A model generated the notes under the pieces. That model saw only the letters and a program-made list of their open reading frames with translations, ran no database searches and was not told the origin of the DNA. From Mytilus trossulus (taxonomy: Eukaryota), in contig NC_086377.1 in assembly GCF_036588685.1 (NCBI RefSeq), positions 25,482,001 to 25,546,000 of the forward strand: a stretch of DNA of 64,000 bases, written 5' to 3'. This document shows positions 52,588 through 64,000 of the stretch, piece by piece. A program made the translations under genes and the position numbers. Position 1 is the first letter of the stretch, and each line of letters begins with the position of its first letter.

Positions 52588-55455
52588 CTTTCTCGAGTTT
52601 TCTATTTAGACTGGTTACTTTATTAAACGTTCTCGTTGCCCTCACGAGTAACAATCAAGGCGGAAACTTTTTCGTGTTTCCTGCCATCTAAATAGTATAA
52701 TAGAATAATATTATATAATGGGAAACGATGTTATTGCAATGAATAGTTTGAATTTAAAAACATGTGTGTCCTGAACCGAATTTAATACATAATATATTTT
52801 GGTAAAGGGCAATAGGTGAAAGTTTGTTTAATTATTATTTGATCAATTTGATCAGAAATACATTGTAAATTGTGAGCCTACACAATCTTTTAGCAATTAA
52901 CATTGAATATATCTACATATAAGTTTTATTTTGGTTGATATGCAATACGCATGATTCGGATTGCGATATGTCCGTCAAGTAGTATGGTTTCAGATGACAT
53001 GACCTTACGTTATTTGTGCGTTTGTTGGGCATACAGAGGCGCGAAACATGTCAACTCATCAATTGAAAACAAACCGACAACGCGATGGCTTGTTTGATTT
53101 CTTGTTTGAAACACGCGTCTGGCGTATTAAATTAGAATCCTGGTACTATTGATAACTATAATGTCGGTCATTTAGTTTACTCATTGTATAATTAGGGAAT
53201 ATATTTTTTTAATAAACATTTATTCAGATCAAACTGCAGATTCTTACTTAATATGCAACCATACCTTTTACTTTTGATGAATCAACTTTCATAATATGCA
53301 ACCATGCCTTTTATTTTTGATTAATCAACTTTCATATCACTTGATATCTTTCATATCTTTGAAAACTTAAAAGTAATGATATGTTGTTCAAATGGTCTCC
53401 TTGTTTAAATGTTTAATGCATTTTTCATTAAGATGACGTAGTATTTTATTGGAAAGCAATTCCCAAAATCGATTCAAAATACAACTAAACGTGTCACATA
53501 CGATGGATGATCTGCTTACTCTTTCGGAGTACCACTCACTTTTGAATCGGTGGCGTTTTAATTTTGCTTTTAAATCATTTTTTTGAATACTCCTTCTGCA
53601 ACTTCTGTCTAACAAATGCAACTGAAACTCTCTTCCGTCCAGCTTTGCCTCAATCTTCTCATTATTTAATGCACACATTAACCTGTTTTTGTTAACATAT
53701 TATGATAGGCAAACATTGATAAATCTATAAGCCAATATCTATTATGTGACGATCTGGCTCAAAGTAACTATAGGCGAACCTTCGTAATAACTGTTTAATA
53801 GTATGACTTTGTACAGTTAAAACACAAAAACCTTAAAAAAATGGATTTTAATAGTTTTAATATCTATTGCAGCCTTACCGTCGATGTTCATAGCTGCATC
53901 ACGAGTTGCGTAACATATTCGCTTTATATCATCGTAATCTTTGCAAAATCTTTGTATTAAGGCATTGCATCTTTGTCCAGATTCAGCGACACATCTTTCA
54001 TCAGAAAATTACAGTTCATTTACACATTAATTGTGTATATGATGTGTTTAAAGTTAACAATAAATTAGGTATGGTTTTTTATACTTTGAAGTTTTCATTG
54101 TACAAAAATATGTTATTAAAAAACTATAATTGCATTAATATGTACGACTATCGTTAAACTCAGCTTATTTTAAATATTAGCATTTGAAACAATTGCTGAT
54201 AATAAGCAGTCGTATTGAATTAATATCTTCCTAAACATGAACTACATATATATATATATATATATCATGCATATGTCACTGGACATTCAGCAGTCGACCA
54301 TAAAATTCACCACCCAAATAACATGATTATAATGCATATAAATAATTTAGTATAGAATCTTGCACTTTTTTATGTAATTGATTTATTTGGAATTTCGTAT
54401 ACCTTTTCAATATACTGGATCTTTTCCTGCTACAATCCTGTGTGTTAAAGTAATTATAACTTAATAGTTACCAAGGCAGAAGTGTATCTGAAACAAATTC
54501 ATCATACCATTTGTCATATTGGCCAACAAATTCACTATTCGTTTAACCCATGTATGTCTTATAAACGATATAAGTTATAAGTTATAAGTTGCATTTGTTA
54601 GACAGAAGTTGCAAAAGGAGTATTCAAAAAAATATGGAGAAGACGTTCTAAGTTGCAAAACTTGTGTCTAATCCTATTGTCAATGTTTTTGGACAATAAA
54701 ATATGTTTAAACTAAACTTATAAACGATTAAACTCATAGAACAAATAAACTATATAGAAATAGGGAGATGTGGAGTGAGTGCGGACGAGACAACTCTCCA
54801 TCCAAATAACAATTTAAAAAAAAGTAAACCATTATAGATCAATGTACGGCCGTCAACACGGAGCCTTGGCTCACACCGTAAAACAAGCTATAACGGGCCC
54901 CAAAACTACTAGTGTTAAACCATTCAAACGGGAAAATCATTTCTATATATAAATAAACAACACGATAAACACGTTTAAATTACATAAACAAACAACAACA
55001 ACTGTACATCAGATTCCTGACTTGGGAGAGGTGCAAACATTTGCAGCGGGATTTAACGTTTTAATGGATCCAAACCTTCTCCCTTTTTCGGAAACAATAG
55101 CATAACATCACAACATAGAAAAACACACGATAACATATCAATTGGCAGGCTTAACTTAATAAAAAAAAACGTAAATTAATACACTATGAATGCAGAAATT
55201 TGATCTGCGATATCTGAATACAAATGCACAGTTAATAAATTATTAGGGACAAACATTCAAGGCCAAAAGCAAACAAACAAGTCCAAAAAAGCCATGGCAA
55301 GACACCACTGCGAAATATTTAACCCTTCGAAAATATTCACTTAAGAAAAAAAAACGGTTTCAATAATACAGGTAAATCTTGAAGTTTTTACAAACTTCAG
55401 TAGTAAGAAGAAGTTAAAATTAGAAGATATTCTAAATAATCAAAGCTGGTATATA

Positions 55456-56260
55456 TGTTAGACTCAGATCGACGTGCAGTCTCTAATTGACGTCCGTTCC
55501 TCTAATCGACGTCCAAATCTGATGTCACATTCTCAAATCGACGTCCAATATTTTGATCCTCTAATCGACGTCGAATTCGACGTCATGTATTGTCAAAACG
55601 AAGTCTGATAGATTGTAATCTTCTCTTATCGATGTTCAATAACTAATGAAATAACAAATTACTGCACTTACATTTATAAATGTACATTTGTAGGAGGTTG
55701 ATTGATTTTGAACTTTTCAAATACGAAATAAACGATGAGTTTTGGTCTGATTTGCAGGGTTCTTCAAGCAATTTAATTTTTAAACTATTATTTTAATACT
55801 TTCGATAACGATTTTCTTCAACCAGAACGGTTCTGTAAAATTCAGTAATAAATTTAGGTTTTGTTTTTTTTTTAAATATTTCATTTGTCGCATCTAATTA
55901 ATTATGTTGATATATTGACATAGAACTGTCTGTAAATCTCTCTCGGACAATCCAAGTATCAGTTCTGTTATAACCTTTTTCGGTTCCCATTTGCAGTTTT
56001 TTTCGTTTGTTTTGGACATTTACGGCATTTCGGCCCAAAATATTTTCGGATTTGGATCTTTGCATATGCCTATAAAACGGACGTCGATTCGAGCAGCTAA
56101 AAATTGGACGTCGATTAGAGAGGCCAAATATTAGACGTCGATTAGAGGGACATAACATTGGTCGTCGATGTAGAATTTTTTTTTATTGTGACGTAAAATT
56201 TGGACGTCGATTCGAGGAACGGACGTCGATAAGAGACCGGCCGTCGATCTGAGTCCTACA
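55456..56260. mobile_element. Non-autonomous DNA transposon with TGT...ACA termini and 4-bp TSD (Ginger-like), nested in a larger repeat (~54755-56430)
   Basis: tata|TGTTAGACTCAGATCGACG...CGTCGATCTGAGTCCTACA|tata, with arrays of AATCGACGTCC subterminal repeats in mirror orientation. Confidence 0.7.
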
Positions 56261-56485
56261 TATAGACAAAAATTTAAAATAACAAAAAAAAAAACCCATT
56301 ATAAACAGTATCAACAGGTCGAATAACCAAGAAAATATGATTTGAGAGTACTCGCAGTTACTGACAGCTACATGTAGTTAAAAGCCAAAAACAATTAACA
56401 ATACAAAAATCATGTATCAGAGACTAAAATCAACTAATAGCATACTAAGGAATATCTCGTAAACTTTGACATATCAAATCAATAC

Positions 56486-56495
56486 TATATAAAAG
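56486..56495 (+). promoter_or_regulatory. Candidate TATA box
   Basis: TATATAAAAG about 165 bp upstream of the ATG at 56655. The context is AT-rich, so this is weak evidence. Confidence 0.35.
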
Positions 56496-56654
56496 TAGAT
56501 GCAACACGGAACAATATTTATTTATAGTAACGCTGTATCTTATCTATATTGTATTCTCTATAACCTATATATGTGAACGGTATTAATTTCGTATATATAG
56601 GACTTAGATCGACATTACTCTTAACAATTTAAACCACAAGAGTCATAACAAGCT

Positions 56655-59600
56655 ATGTTTGTTTTCAAATATTTGATTTTTTGCTGTATCATTGTTCTCG
56701 GTAAGTATATGGTTATATGTTTAACAATATGTTTTTGTACAAAAGGTCACTTACTTATTTTTAGTCAAATGAACTAGTGTGCTAGTTAAATCTTTTGTTT
56801 TGATTTCACACAGTTGTTTATGCCTAGTTGCGAATTTATTTTTAAACGAGCCCTTTTTCATTCACATGTACATAAAAATACGAAATATGATTTGAAACTC
56901 TTTATGAGATACCCTAAGATTTCAAATATATCAAATTATGAGAAGTATCCCTCTTCAACAGTGAGCAAAACTCATACCGTTTGGAAAGTAATAAATAAAT
57001 AATTGCAGTTTTATATTGACAAATATGATGTACAGTTAAGGAAAAACAGTACTGTAGTGGAATAGTTGCCACCGTCAATTGTAGATTTGACAGTCGCATA
57101 TGCAGTTTTACTGGCGACGCGTAACGGAGACAATAAAATGATGACTTGCAACCGTCAAATCAAAATTGACGGTGGCAATTCTTCAACTACAGTACTGTTA
57201 TTACGATTTCAATGCATTACAAAAAGAAATAATACGATACAACTTGGAAAATGTCTTATTTTGACATATAAAAAAAATAATCCGCGAAACTTTATGAACG
57301 ATTTTAGCGCAAAGACGTCATGGGTAAACGTGACTTCCTATAAATAAAAACTTACAACTGGAGGTAATTACGTATACGTTACCTGTACGCTTCAAATTGG
57401 GATAAAATTAAATTAAAACGGCGAATTCGAGAAAGGTGTAGTTCTATTTTCGATTATGTAGTAGTAATCGAACATTTGTTGATTCAATCATTTCAAAATG
57501 GTTGTCCCTCCTTAGTTACGGCTGGTCAACAGTGGATTTGACGGCAACTTTTAGCCATGCAATGAAAAAAGTTGTTCCATACAAATTGCATTAGAATACC
57601 AATTAGCATACTGTGAAAGTACTTTAATTCGTGGGTATCAATTTTCGTGGTTTGACCAATATTTACTAGTTCGTGGGGTTTTAAATTGGTGGATTTTGGT
57701 TTTCAAATAATTTTTTTTTTTTTTCAAATTTAAGCCTTTAGAAAAGAAGGTTACAAATAGTCTGGATTGAAGGAAATTGCAAAGTAAATATTGACCTGTG
57801 TAAATCGTAGTGATACCACTAATTAACCCATAATAAAGTGATCAACAGATTTAAGACCATCAAAGGTGTTAATTAGGCCATAAACGTGTCACCTTAAGAA
57901 AACAGTAACATAAACAAATGTTTTAAACATATCTTGAATTGTCAAATAATTTGTATCAAAATCAGGAACATATACTGTACCCTGTCAAAATCAAGCCCAG
58001 CATGAAATAAACTATCAGATATAAAATGAACACTTTATCATACTAGTCATTTCTAGTATATCAATACCGGAAATCTGACTTTCATCGATCAAAAGTATTT
58101 TTTATGAGAATTAAACAATCAAAGATTGTACAGTTTAGGTTAATAAAGATTAAATGGGGTATAATTCTGCATGCAGTTGTAGTTCTGTGACTGTTATTAG
58201 GCGTTATTCAATATATTCTCTTGATCATATCAGTAGTCAAACCTACCGATGGGGATCTTGCCATGTCTTGATTTGGACAATGGTTGTTTTATTTCGTTGG
58301 ACACTTAAATTCGTGGATAAAGTCATCCACGAAAATCACGAAAATTGGTACCCCACGAATAAAAGTACTTTCACAGTACATTGAATTGCAGAATCCTGAC
58401 CTTAGACATTCATACATACTAAGCCAGGATTTAAAATCTTAGAGCACGTCAAAACTTTATCCCTAATCTGGTACAGGGATGTAATTGAACACAAGTATTT
58501 ACCGCAAGAACTTTTAAAGTAACAAACTGCTGACATTGAGAGTCAAATATAGAACGTGGTGGGGTAATATTCGCCCCAAACCTTGGACAGTTTTGTAATA
58601 CAAAAACAAAATGTATAGAACAATAAGCAAATGAAAACGTTAATCAACGACACTTACTTGATTTTAGACTCCTGGCTTGGGACATCCACATAAAGAATAT
58701 TTGAATTACCAACACAGGAAATCTATAATGTTTACATTTGATAGCAAGTAAACTTAATGGAGTTTTAAAAAAAATATCAAGAACGTTACAGGTGTTTCTT
58801 TCCGTCTCTACTTTCGTGATAAAACTCCATGTATATTGATCGGCATTCGCTAAACGTCCAGTTTAAAAAAAATAAGAACGCAAATATATACATTGACCGT
58901 TAAAACAAAGTACATTTATTTACTATTGATTATATACGCCTTAGCTGACAATTATCATTTTATTTCAGCTTTTAGTTTATGTCCACCTATCGATTTTATG
59001 TGTTCATTTCCTACCTGGAAAAATGGTTGTTTTGTGTGTCCATCTCCGTGTCCAGTTTGTTTATTATGGATGACGTTAATCTTCTTAAAAGTATTGATAA
59101 AAAATACAGCATAAAATTATGATGAACTCAAAATTTAAGGAAAATGTTTTACCCAAAGCATATTTTATTTTGTATTTTGATTTTGCTTCAATAGTGGATG
59201 GGGTGCTATGCTATTGTCGATCTGTGTGACTATTAAGTCGCCCGTCCGTTCGTCTATCCACCATACTTGAAACAATTTCGGTGGGCTGGACTATAAATAA
59301 GTTTGATAAAGATGATCTTTTCAACTTTTTGAATTACATTTTGAATAATAATTTTGACTCCGTAGTAACTATTAACAACACATGGCTATGCTATATTGCT
59401 GAATCAATGTAATACCACCATTGATATTCCCATATTAGTTTTTGTAGATTTTTTTAAAAATTAAATTAAAAATTAAACAAGATTAACAAAAGCTAGAGGC
59501 TCCTGACTTGGTACAAGCGCAAATGCGGCGGTGTTAGAACCAATTTGTTATATCGCAACCCTCCCCTATACCTCTACCCAATACAGAAAAAAACACACAC

Positions 59601-61639
59601 ATCATTACGTTAAATTTGGGTTGTCTTTTTATGAAATTGTGTGCATTCTCGACAATATTTTATTAAATTGGTGTAAAATTGATTTGTTTTTTAAGTAGAC
59701 TCGGGGCAATTTAAAGAGCGAAATAGTGTACAAAAAAAATTATATTTTGCATTGAAAACTACAATTTAAAATGAAAGAATTTGTTTATACTTTGCCAAAA
59801 CGTAGTATATATTGTAATGTGTACAAAAATATGATAAACATGATAGGTCACTGAGCATTCTCTAAAGCTTCATGTTGTTACAAAATGAAATATTTTCCGA
59901 GTTACCCCCCCTTGAAATGCAAATTTAAAAACATTCAAATTCAAGCAAAAATAATCTGCGCTTGAAAATCTTATAAATTTGTTCTTTTGATTGAAAATGC
60001 ACATAATTTATATGCATTCCTGTGTCAAATTTTGCGTACTTAATTAAAAATTTGGATCTAAGGTTCTCTGATTTACAATCAAGATTGTGAAAACACACCC
60101 TGCTACTTAAACACGAAATAGAACTCGTTATTTAGTATGGCCATACAAATACAACAACTCGTTTCACAATTGATATTATATTGTTTTTTTTCAAAATGAT
60201 TATGGGTGAACTACACACTATGAGGTCTTAAACATTACTTCACGTTAAACAATTGCGTTATGGGAGCTCACGCTTTGGAAATTCTAAGCCAGAATAGTTT
60301 ATTTTAGGTGAACAACAGAAGCATCTGAATTGGTTTGTACCAGTATCATTTGTTGGAAATACGAAAAACCTAAATCCTACTCAACCCTCTCAATTGGAAC
60401 CGCAGCAGCAGTCATCTGCATCTAAAACCAGTTCTCAGCAGTCGTTTTCTTCAAGAGATCGTATGGTTTATTTATAATAACAAAATAAATATATCTTAAT
60501 TAATATATAATACAAAAATGTGTATAACTGTCAAATTTCAAGATCAAGGATGCAGCTTCCACATGTTCGTATGGAAACAAAGAATTAGAAGTAAACTAGA
60601 TTTCTTTGACTTTGACTAATAAGAAACACAAAGCAATTACACAATTTACATTGATAATGTGTCTTTCTTACTAAACCGGTGTCCTTTTCACGAAACAAAG
60701 CAAAATCCGAAATCTAACATTAGTTTAAGTAGACGAATGAATACAAAGACGCTGCATAAATGTATGACACAAATATCGAACTTCGAGCATAAAATTGATA
60801 CTTTGCGGTCATTGAATTGGTTCTTTTTTCATCATAATTTGACATAGCATAAATTTCTTAAAAGAACATGTATCATATGCCTATCAATTAATGCATGTTC
60901 CTTCCACAGTATGTAATCCAGCTCCTGTTAACTATATGACTGGTATAACAAAACACTCGTAAGTTGAAAAGCAAAACAACACAGTCTTTTTCAGTTCATG
61001 TTCACAGATCGGTTTTATGTGTCCATGCATAACCTGGAAGATTGGTTGTTTTGTGTGTCCTTCTCCGTGTCTAGATTTGTTTATTATGGATCAAGTTAAT
61101 CTTCTTGAAAGTCTTGATAAAAAAAACAGCAAATTATGATGAACTCAAAATTTAAAGAAAATGTTTACCGAAAGCATATTTTATTTTGTATATTGATTTT
61201 GCTTCAATAGTGGATGGGGTGCTATTCTATTGTCGATCTGTGTGACTATCAGGTCGTCCGTCCGTTCGTATATCCACGGATACGAGACTAACAAAAGCTA
61301 GTGGCTCCTGACTTTTCACGACACAAAGCAAAATCCAAAATCGAAAATTAGTTCAAGTAGATGAATGAATACAATATCGCTGTATAAATGTATGACACAA
61401 ATATAGAACTTCGAGCATAAAATTAATACTTTGGGGTCATTAACAGGATTAAACTGTTTTTTTCATCATAATTTGACATAGCATAAATTTCTTAAAAGAA
61501 TACGTATCATATGCTTATCAATTAATGCATGTTCCTTCCACAGTATGTACTCCAGCTCCTGTTAACTGTTTGACTGGTATAACAGTTGATTCCAATGGAT
61601 GTCCTGTATGCAATCCCAACGGAAATGGTCAACACGCTC
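56655..61639 (+). CDS. Secreted Cys-rich protein with antistasin-like modules; incomplete in this window or pseudogenising
   Basis: Exons 56655-56700 (MFVFKYLIFCCIIVL), 58969-~59058 (AFSLCPPIDFMCSFPTWKNGCFVCPSPCP; donor uncertain), 60308-60460 (Q/S-rich linker) and 61544-61639 (LCTPAPVNCLTGITVDSNGCPVCNPNG). Phase-1 symmetric exons. I found no terminal exon. Confidence 0.65.
57046..57199. repeat. ~150-bp imperfect palindrome
   Basis: aacagtactgtagt..ttgccaccgtcaatt..gatttgac is mirrored by gtcaaatc..aattgacggtggcaa..actacagtactgtt. Confidence 0.75.
57611..58376. mobile_element. TA-targeting MITE
   Basis: ta|CTGTGAAAGTACTTT..TTCGTGGG ... CCCACGAAT..AAAGTACTTTCACAG|ta. Confidence 0.8.
60910..61075 (+). 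pseudogene. Damaged duplicate exons of the Cys-rich gene
   Basis: 60910-60958 is a module exon with a 47-nt deletion and a Cys->Tyr change. About 60995-61073 is a copy of exon 2 (CSQIGFMCPCITWKIGCFVCPSPCL) whose donor reads AT. Confidence 0.7.
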
Positions 61640-62392
61640 GTAAGTTGAAAAGCAAAACAACACAGTCCATTTCCTACAATTTGTAACAATATTTATTTTG
61701 CATGCGTCTGTCTATAACGCAACCAGACATAAAATTAAAAAAAACCAAATCATCCAACAAAATATAATAGAAAATATCTACAAAAATAAAATTACAAACA
61801 CTAATATAAATTATTCGATTAAAAGTTTGAATGATTTCCTAGCCAATGATTCCTTGAGTGATTTCCTCTTCTTTGCTCCCGTATATTTGTTGTGGTGTTC
61901 TGATTGTTCATGAACAAATACAGTGGTGTTTTGATTGTTCATCAGCAATTGCGGTGCTGTTCTGATTGTTCATGAGCAGGTACAGAATCTAATTTAAAAA
62001 CTTGGAGATCCCGTTAAAAAATATACGTTACGTTTTACGATCTGTTACTGCATTGGTTTTTTATAATGTTATAATATTCATAACATTGCAATAAACTATA
62101 TAAGTTAACAGTTCGCGATCTTTTTCTCAGAATTTTTGGTGTTTACGTTTCCTGTTGTCAATTTCATAAATGTTATTCCGATTTTCCATTTAAATGACAC
62201 TTATCTAATTTATAATAATTATATAGATAATGAAACGTGAAACAGTGTTTAGAAGTAACATACTTACTAACTATTAGCCTAATATTGCTAATAAGGAGAC
62301 CATTGAATTGTTGTTTCATAAAAAAAAATATAAGTGTAGCGCGTTCAATACCAATGTGCATCTTTTGTTAATCAGTTATTCATGTTTCAATG

Positions 62393-62488
62393 CATGCAAT
62401 TCAGCTCCTGTTAACTGTTTGACTGGTATAACAGTTGATTCTCAGGGATGTCCTGTGTGCAATCCGAACGTAAATGGTCAAAACTCTC
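62393..62488 (+). pseudogene. Module exon copy with intact frame but lost acceptor
   Basis: CNSAPVNCLTGITVDSQGCPVCNPNVNG, 96 nt, donor GTAAGT intact. The acceptor position 62391-62392 reads TG instead of AG. Confidence 0.65.
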
Positions 62489-64000
62489 GTAAGTTAAAAA
62501 GCAAAACAACACAGTCCTTTTCCTGCAATATATAACAATATTCCCGTTCCGGCAATTTGTAACAATATTTATTTGGCAGGCGTCTATAAAGCAATTAGAC
62601 ATTTAAAAAACAAACAATTCAGCTGATAAAATATAATAAAAGGCACTTTTATTTACAGTATTAGCAATTCTTTATCGTCCATGTATAGATAGGTATGAAC
62701 TGTTTGTAATTCCGTCTATTTAACGTTCCATAATTGGCTTGATCATTTTCTTGGTGGTCCTGAAAAAGTGTCATTTATTTGAAAAGCACTAATATAAATG
62801 ATTTGAATTAGTTTGCATGATTTTCCTTGCCTTTGATTCCTCGGGTGATTTCCTCTCCTTTGTTCCCAGATATGTTTTGTGCTGTTCTGATTGTTCGTGA
62901 GCATGTATGGTGGTGTTCTTATTGTCCATCATCAATTATAGTATTGTTCTGATTGACAGAATCTCAGAATTCAGAAATGAAGATCCCGTTACAAATATTG
63001 ATTTCTTGTCGAGGTCTGTTTCCGGGGGAGGGGGGAACCACCCAGCCCAGAATAATTATTATGGTCATTTTCATGTTTCAAACCATTTATACTTTGAAAA
63101 TTTAGGGATTTTCTTATCACAGAAGTGAAGACAAAACGCGCGTTTGGCGTACTAAATTATAATTTTTGTACCTTTGATAAAGAGCTACTTTTTTTACATG
63201 TTAAACAATTCATTACATTGCGATAGACTTTAACCCTCCGAGTTTTTTTCCCAGGATTTTTTATGTATACGTTTCCTATGTCAATTCCATAAGCTTTATT
63301 CCGATTTTCCATTTGAATGACACTTATTAAATTAAATTATCCAAAAAAAAAAAATAGACATGTAAATACAGAAACGCTGTTCAGAGGTATAACAAAAACT
63401 AATAACCTAATATTGATATCTGATGACCATTGAATTATTGTTTTATAATTATTTGCAGTTGCTGTAACGTGTTCAACACGAGTGTCCATCTTTTGTTAAT
63501 CAAAATAAAAAAGGCCTTTTACTGCAATTTGTAACAAATATTATTTGGCATTCAAACGGACAAAATATTAATTGAAAGAAAAAAAACAAGCCCACAAAAT
63601 ATAATAGAAGACATCCACATATACAGTTTTACAAACTCTTGATCGTATAGGGTATAGATAGGTAAATACTAATTTTCATTCTGTCTTTTCATGTTTCATG
63701 ATGTGTCTTGATAGTTCTCGTTATCGGTCGTCCCACTGTCTATATCACTCTGACCAGAATCTAATAAATTGTATATCACAGCTTTGTGACGTCAAAACCC
63801 TTGAGCAAGCCTTTATAACGCTGACCCGCAATTGTCAGGGACGTCATAATATTTGAATCGACTATGAGAAGTTTGACCCGAGCTTATCAAGTTATCTTCC
63901 GGTTGCTGGTGAAACTAAGAAAACACTTCAAAAAGAAGTCACACACAGTTTTTTTATTGTCGGGAGAGTACATTACAACGTGAGATTATTCAAAACAAAC

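Noticed and set aside
53388-53678. 96-aa minus-strand ORF with a ~45-bp inverted copy at ~54588-54632
   Set aside because: No recognisable motif or consistent exon structure, so I cannot support it as a gene.

Overview
AT-rich, repeat-dense eukaryotic DNA with spliceosomal introns. The repeat families point to a bivalve, most likely Mytilus (inferred, not verified). Most ORFs in the supplied track are spurious, so I rebuilt the real genes by hand from GT-AG boundaries and phase matching. Contents in order: (1) the 5' part of a minus-strand gene for a large, low-complexity, probably nuclear protein (<1-4045); (2) a plus-strand gene with 14 coding exons (10893-29733, 625 aa) encoding a signal peptide, two ependymin/LolA-like modules, a third domain and a C-terminal hydrophobic anchor; (3) a tandem cluster of four 3-exon minus-strand paralogues (30609-52587) encoding small single-pass proteins with a six-cysteine ectodomain (Shisa/WBP1-VOPP1/CYYR1-like), a hypervariable aromatic loop, a conserved dileucine-type motif, and alternating long and short tails; (4) a plus-strand gene for a secreted Cys-rich protein with antistasin-like modules whose exons are being duplicated and lost (56655 onward). 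A near-perfect 355-bp tandem element with two intact type I hammerhead ribozymes (retrozyme-like) lies in sense orientation inside intron 1 of one cluster gene. The window also holds many MITEs, Helentron-type elements, LINE fragments, a Tc1 transposase pseudogene and tandem repeats.
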